Position numbers and translations under genes: made by a program
Assembly (NCBI GenBank): GCA_050175015.1
Contig: JBFXJJ010000007.1
Location: 1 to 10,512 of the forward strand
Origin: Alphaproteobacteria bacterium
GTDB taxonomy: Bacteria > Pseudomonadota > Alphaproteobacteria > JBFXJJ01
DNA length: 10,512 nucleotides
Direction of reading: 5' to 3'
Part shown: piece by piece, positions 8,401 through 10,512 of the stretch
Layout: every line of letters begins with the position of its first letter
How positions within the stretch are numbered: the first letter of the stretch is position 1
Notes under the pieces: model-generated
Database searches by the model: none
Seen by the model: only the letters and a program-made list of their open reading frames with translations
Told to the model about the DNA's origin: nothing

Positions 8401-8573
8401 CAGGGACTTATTTCGTGGCAGGAAATACTGACACAAATATTGCGGTATCTCCAAGTGCAGGATTAAGCTTAAAAACAGATAACAACATAAGTTATTCAGC
8501 TGATTATGAAGGTGAGTTTGACCATTCGGGCAAATCTCACAGCTTTAGTTTTGGCTTGAGGTATGATTTCTAA
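5433..8573 (+). CDS. Autotransporter (type Va) with a beta-helical repeat passenger, probably an adhesin (1046 aa)
   Basis: Sec signal (...LVATTALTPVSQA|A), Gly/Asn/Ser/Thr-rich passenger with T5SS/PEP-CTERM-type repeats, a passenger-associated repeat (IIKLLAGTTELSGDVSAFTGSVTVNGGTLVV), the IAPGNSIGTLNINGDF motif, and a C-terminal beta-barrel ending FSFGLRYDF. Confidence 0.93.
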   Translation: MPISIAPKFIVKSFLPISCFLVATTALTPVSQAANIAWGDGVTGNYTDNANWIGGAAPGNLDNVYINNGTLNFSDAVSVSNSSGYIGRDAGSAGTLNVSGLGSVLNYSPLEVGYNGNGTLNILNGATVNNTYTEIGYSSGSVGLVTIDGASSIMTNSYEIIAGYGGNGTLNLTNGGRASSTEGYIGYNAGVVGEATIDGSGSRWTCSDGLYVGYSGDGTLDITNGGELETLRGYIGFEANGVGEVVVDGTGSVWNMTAPASTALYLGSNSNSEGTLSITNGGAVYNASSVIGDERYGTGEVNVDGTGSVWTNSGSMTLGYKGDGTLNVINGGTASNTYSKIGSNTWGVGEVNLSGANSVWNNSSYVLLGEYGEATINLSEAATLKVDDDGDSNNGYNGTITVGKEAGSKGTINIGGKENEAAKAAGSILADKIEFGLGSSKLILNHTATDYDLTQDLTGNGIIKLLAGTTELSGDVSAFTGSVTVNGGTLVVNNDWSSIGLNLLSGGIKGTGTTSGLTSLPNNFVIAPGNSIGTLNINGDFVLNSSSTLEVEFDANDADKIVVSGDATIDGSLKLLPASGQTYTSGDYTILTANAITGSFADQTIINEERLSGLKVSTTINATEILLSLDPDAFQPMTSSGNSLSNNTASYIDSIRDGSTGDLDYIFDQLALLPTADLDKAMESVSGKRMEAIIKTGEVYTKAITNVVSTRQILVSGNALMGGSQPVSGSVSGAGGLDFVNNSSISFSEKNIYDLSETINGDVSLVEKNDDKIGIWLKAFGRTGSEDNDVGATGYEYGIAGFVGGADYKISEKLTAGLVFASGKANINLDGNSGSSDITTWNLGSYGTYSFDNGIFTDGLLMLGYNDIDSQRRVVFGGVDRLATGSADSYTLRMDLGVGKKFDFEKVSLLPQAKIGYMWSRQSSYDEVGAGGANLHYDKQISQTMLAELGVEASKKMKTDAGLLTPYLGIAGILDNPLDDRKMSSGFIGSGTYFVAGNTDTNIAVSPSAGLSLKTDNNISYSADYEGEFDHSGKSHSFSFGLRYDF
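5682..6590 (+). repeat. About six tandem ~50-aa (150-nt) passenger repeats (T5SS/PEP-CTERM-associated type)
   Basis: The motif (L/I)xxGxxGxGTLxIxNGGx..IGx..GxGEVxVDGxGSxW recurs with anchor Gly codons at 5769, 5919, 6069, 6231, 6387 and 6537 (spacing 150, 150, 162, 156, 150 nt). The units are diverged at DNA level. Confidence 0.85.
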
Positions 8574-8581
8574 GCCAATTC

Positions 8582-9502
8582 TTATTGAAGTACAGCCTGA
8601 GCATCTTTTGCTAAATCACTCCACGCGTTTTGCGTAACTAATAGGTAGAACTCCAAGATAACAGCATTTGTTTGATCTAGGGTTGAGACCTGATTTAATT
8701 TTTTTTCAATATCTGAGTAACGCGATAAAAAACTCTGCATTGTTCCAAGCAGCAATTCTGCAGAATGAATTGTTGTATTGGTATTGTTGCTAACATTGTC
8801 AACGCAACCACTTATTTTTTGCAGTGAATCAAGAATAGTTTGACGTGATTTAGCATATTTAGATCTAACATCGCCCCCTCCACAGGGAAGATGTCTTGCA
8901 AAATCCTCCATATGATCAGCAACACGTTTTTCGTTGTCTAATGAAAAATCTCTATTCTTTGTTAAAGATTCATTTAGCTGTTTCTGAATTTTATCTAAAT
9001 CACCTATGGTCTGCATAATATTGCCAATATTTGCGATACTGTCTTCTAAAAGCATCACCGTTTCTTCTAGCGCTTTTTTAGCAACGTTTTTATCGGGCGT
9101 TTTATCATTGGCATAAACTTCCTTTTGCTTATTGAATAGGTCATTAAGAGCAATCAAATCTTTTAACAGCGTATTTTGATATTTCTTAAATCTATTTGCA
9201 ATATCATCATTAGCAATTCTAAAATCATCTAGTTGAACTAGAATACTACTCAAGGCTTCTGAAAAATCAACCGATGTTACCCATTCTTGCTTTTTTGTAT
9301 TCCAGAATAGAACTTTGTCATACTCACAACTCCCCCTAATCTCAAAAGGACCCAATGGTAAGTTGGCTATTTTTTCCCGCTCAGTTTGTATCTTTAAAGG
9401 AAGTTCTTTTATGGTCTGCATCGCCTGTTTCAGAGGAGATGCATCATCTGCTAATGAAGGGGAGCATAAAAACAAGGAGATAATGAATAAAAGGATTGTC
9501 AT
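8582..9502 (-). CDS. Secreted helical-bundle protein, putative ClyA/Hbl-Nhe/Xax-superfamily alpha-pore-forming toxin component (306 aa)
   Basis: Sec signal peptide (SLA|DD), long amphipathic heptad helices, C-terminal AWSDLAKDAQAVLQ (W-x2-L-x3-A pattern). RBS AGAGGA at 9512-9517 and ATGA overlap with the upstream gene. The ORF is solid, but the family is an inference. Confidence 0.55.
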   Translation of the reverse strand: MTILLFIISLFLCSPSLADDASPLKQAMQTIKELPLKIQTEREKIANLPLGPFEIRGSCEYDKVLFWNTKKQEWVTSVDFSEALSSILVQLDDFRIANDDIANRFKKYQNTLLKDLIALNDLFNKQKEVYANDKTPDKNVAKKALEETVMLLEDSIANIGNIMQTIGDLDKIQKQLNESLTKNRDFSLDNEKRVADHMEDFARHLPCGGGDVRSKYAKSRQTILDSLQKISGCVDNVSNNTNTTIHSAELLLGTMQSFLSRYSDIEKKLNQVSTLDQTNAVILEFYLLVTQNAWSDLAKDAQAVLQ

Positions 9503-10407
9503 TTTCTCATATCCTCTATGAATTGTTGAGCGGATAGTGAAACATTGTTCCAGTTTACCGTATTTTGGGTAATGTCTAAGGCTTCAGACAGCCAGACATA
9601 GGAAGCAAGTTGTTCTTCTGTGCTGCTTGTAATAATTAGATTAAAAAGGTTAAAGGCATTATCAAACATTCGCCACAAACTATCCGCCGTATTATTCAGT
9701 TTGATAAAGCTAGTTACAACTCTTCCATCATCAAAAACCGAGGCGGCATCAGACAAAAGTTCATTGTAAAGTTCTATTTCTGCCTGTTTAGAAACAATTT
9801 CATCTTTGTTAGCTTGTTTTGATTTCTTTGTTTGCCAAAAACTCTTTGCCTCTTTTTTAATTATTATTTCTATTTGGCTTTGTATTTTGCCGCTTTCTTG
9901 AGCGGTAATATCGGCTACAGGGTGATTCGATAAATGCCGCAATAAGGGCTGGATTATAAGAAGTTTACCAGCGTTATATTCCTTTGTTTCTATAGCTTTA
10001 ACACGCATAGCCGACATAACTTTGGCTAAATTATGTAAACGGTTTTTTGCCTCATCAGCCGTTTTTATGTTTTCAAATTCCGATAACGCTTTAGCAAAAT
10101 AGTTTGCAGCATTTAATGTAACATTAGCAAAGTCAAACCAGACATCAAATAACGAACCGCTACAGAGATTATGTTGAAGAAGTTCTTCTTGAGACAACGT
10201 TGTAATTTCAACATCATTTTGAATGATAAAATCATTACTAATTTTATGAATGCTGTCTATTGTTGAAATAAAGTCATTGATTTTATCGCCTTTTATACTG
10301 CCATATTTGGCACTGAAAGCGGAACTAGTATTAGGAAGGGCTAAAACCGTATTAAACCAAGCTTTAATCGTATTTAAGTTAGAAATATCAAAAAAGATGT
10401 CAGTCAT
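9499..10407 (-). CDS. Helical protein resembling XaxA/YaxA/Cry6Aa (App6) alpha-pore-forming toxin subunits (302 aa)
   Basis: N-terminal IFFDISNLNTIKAWFNTVLALPNTSSAFSAKYG resembles the 'I-x2-(Y/W)-x4-L-x-LP-x-T...G' start of XaxA/Cry6Aa-like proteins. Central coiled coil, late LWRMF segment, C-terminal WNNVSLSAQQFI. No signal peptide. Confidence 0.6.
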   Translation of the reverse strand: MTDIFFDISNLNTIKAWFNTVLALPNTSSAFSAKYGSIKGDKINDFISTIDSIHKISNDFIIQNDVEITTLSQEELLQHNLCSGSLFDVWFDFANVTLNAANYFAKALSEFENIKTADEAKNRLHNLAKVMSAMRVKAIETKEYNAGKLLIIQPLLRHLSNHPVADITAQESGKIQSQIEIIIKKEAKSFWQTKKSKQANKDEIVSKQAEIELYNELLSDAASVFDDGRVVTSFIKLNNTADSLWRMFDNAFNLFNLIITSSTEEQLASYVWLSEALDITQNTVNWNNVSLSAQQFIEDMRK

Positions 10408-10414
10408 AATTCAT

Positions 10415-10512
10415 CTACTCTGTCTTATATGCAACCTGAAGTATCATACGTAATTGCTTTGCGTCATTGGGATTGCCCCCATCTGGTTCAAATGCCATTT
10501 CCCATTGCGTAA
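10415..10512 (-). CDS. C-terminal fragment of an upstream operon gene (truncated by the window edge; not in the ORF track)
   Basis: An open minus-strand frame from 10510 reads TQWEMAFEPDGGNPNDAKQLRMILQVAYKTE*, with stop TAG at 10417-10415, 7 nt before ATG 10407. This spacing is typical of an operon. Confidence 0.6.
   Translation of the reverse strand, partial: TQWEMAFEPDGGNPNDAKQLRMILQVAYKTE

Noticed and set aside
9449-9502. Possible lipoprotein signal in the 306-aa protein (Cys13)
   Set aside because: LFLC does not fit the lipobox consensus [LVI][ASTVI][GAS]C. SLA|DD fits signal peptidase I better.
9315-10453. Plus-strand ORFs 9315-9521 and 10250-10453
   Set aside because: Antisense to the coupled minus-strand operon, with no supporting features.
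10444-10512. Alternative minus-strand frame LRNGKWHLNQMGAIPMTQSNYV* as the upstream gene end
   Set aside because: It stops 36 nt before the next ATG and looks less protein-like than the frame ending at 10415. It cannot be fully excluded without upstream sequence.

Overview
AT-rich bacterial window, probably from an alphaproteobacterium (inferred from the ApaG C-terminus 'IPAFSLDSP', the 'LVATTAL' signal-peptide motif and the 'GRSMIEMLGVLA' pilin type). Left to right: (1) the left end of an IS1595-family insertion sequence with a transposase N-terminus missing from the ORF track (1-103, minus strand); (2) a type IVb-like major pilin with an unusual Arg at mature position +1, a terminator, then a PilT/BfpF-like ATPase with its own terminator; (3) a divergent ApaG that has lost its GxGxxG motif; (4) a 221-aa hypothetical protein; (5) an orphan CHASE4 sensor histidine kinase; (6) a 1046-aa autotransporter with ~50-aa beta-helical passenger repeats; (7) the 3' end of a tightly coupled minus-strand operon. 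That operon encodes two ~300-aa helical proteins with motifs resembling XaxA/Cry6Aa/ClyA-superfamily alpha-pore-forming toxins, preceded by the truncated C-terminus of a third gene. It is the most interesting candidate system here. All family assignments are from motif recognition by eye, not database searches.
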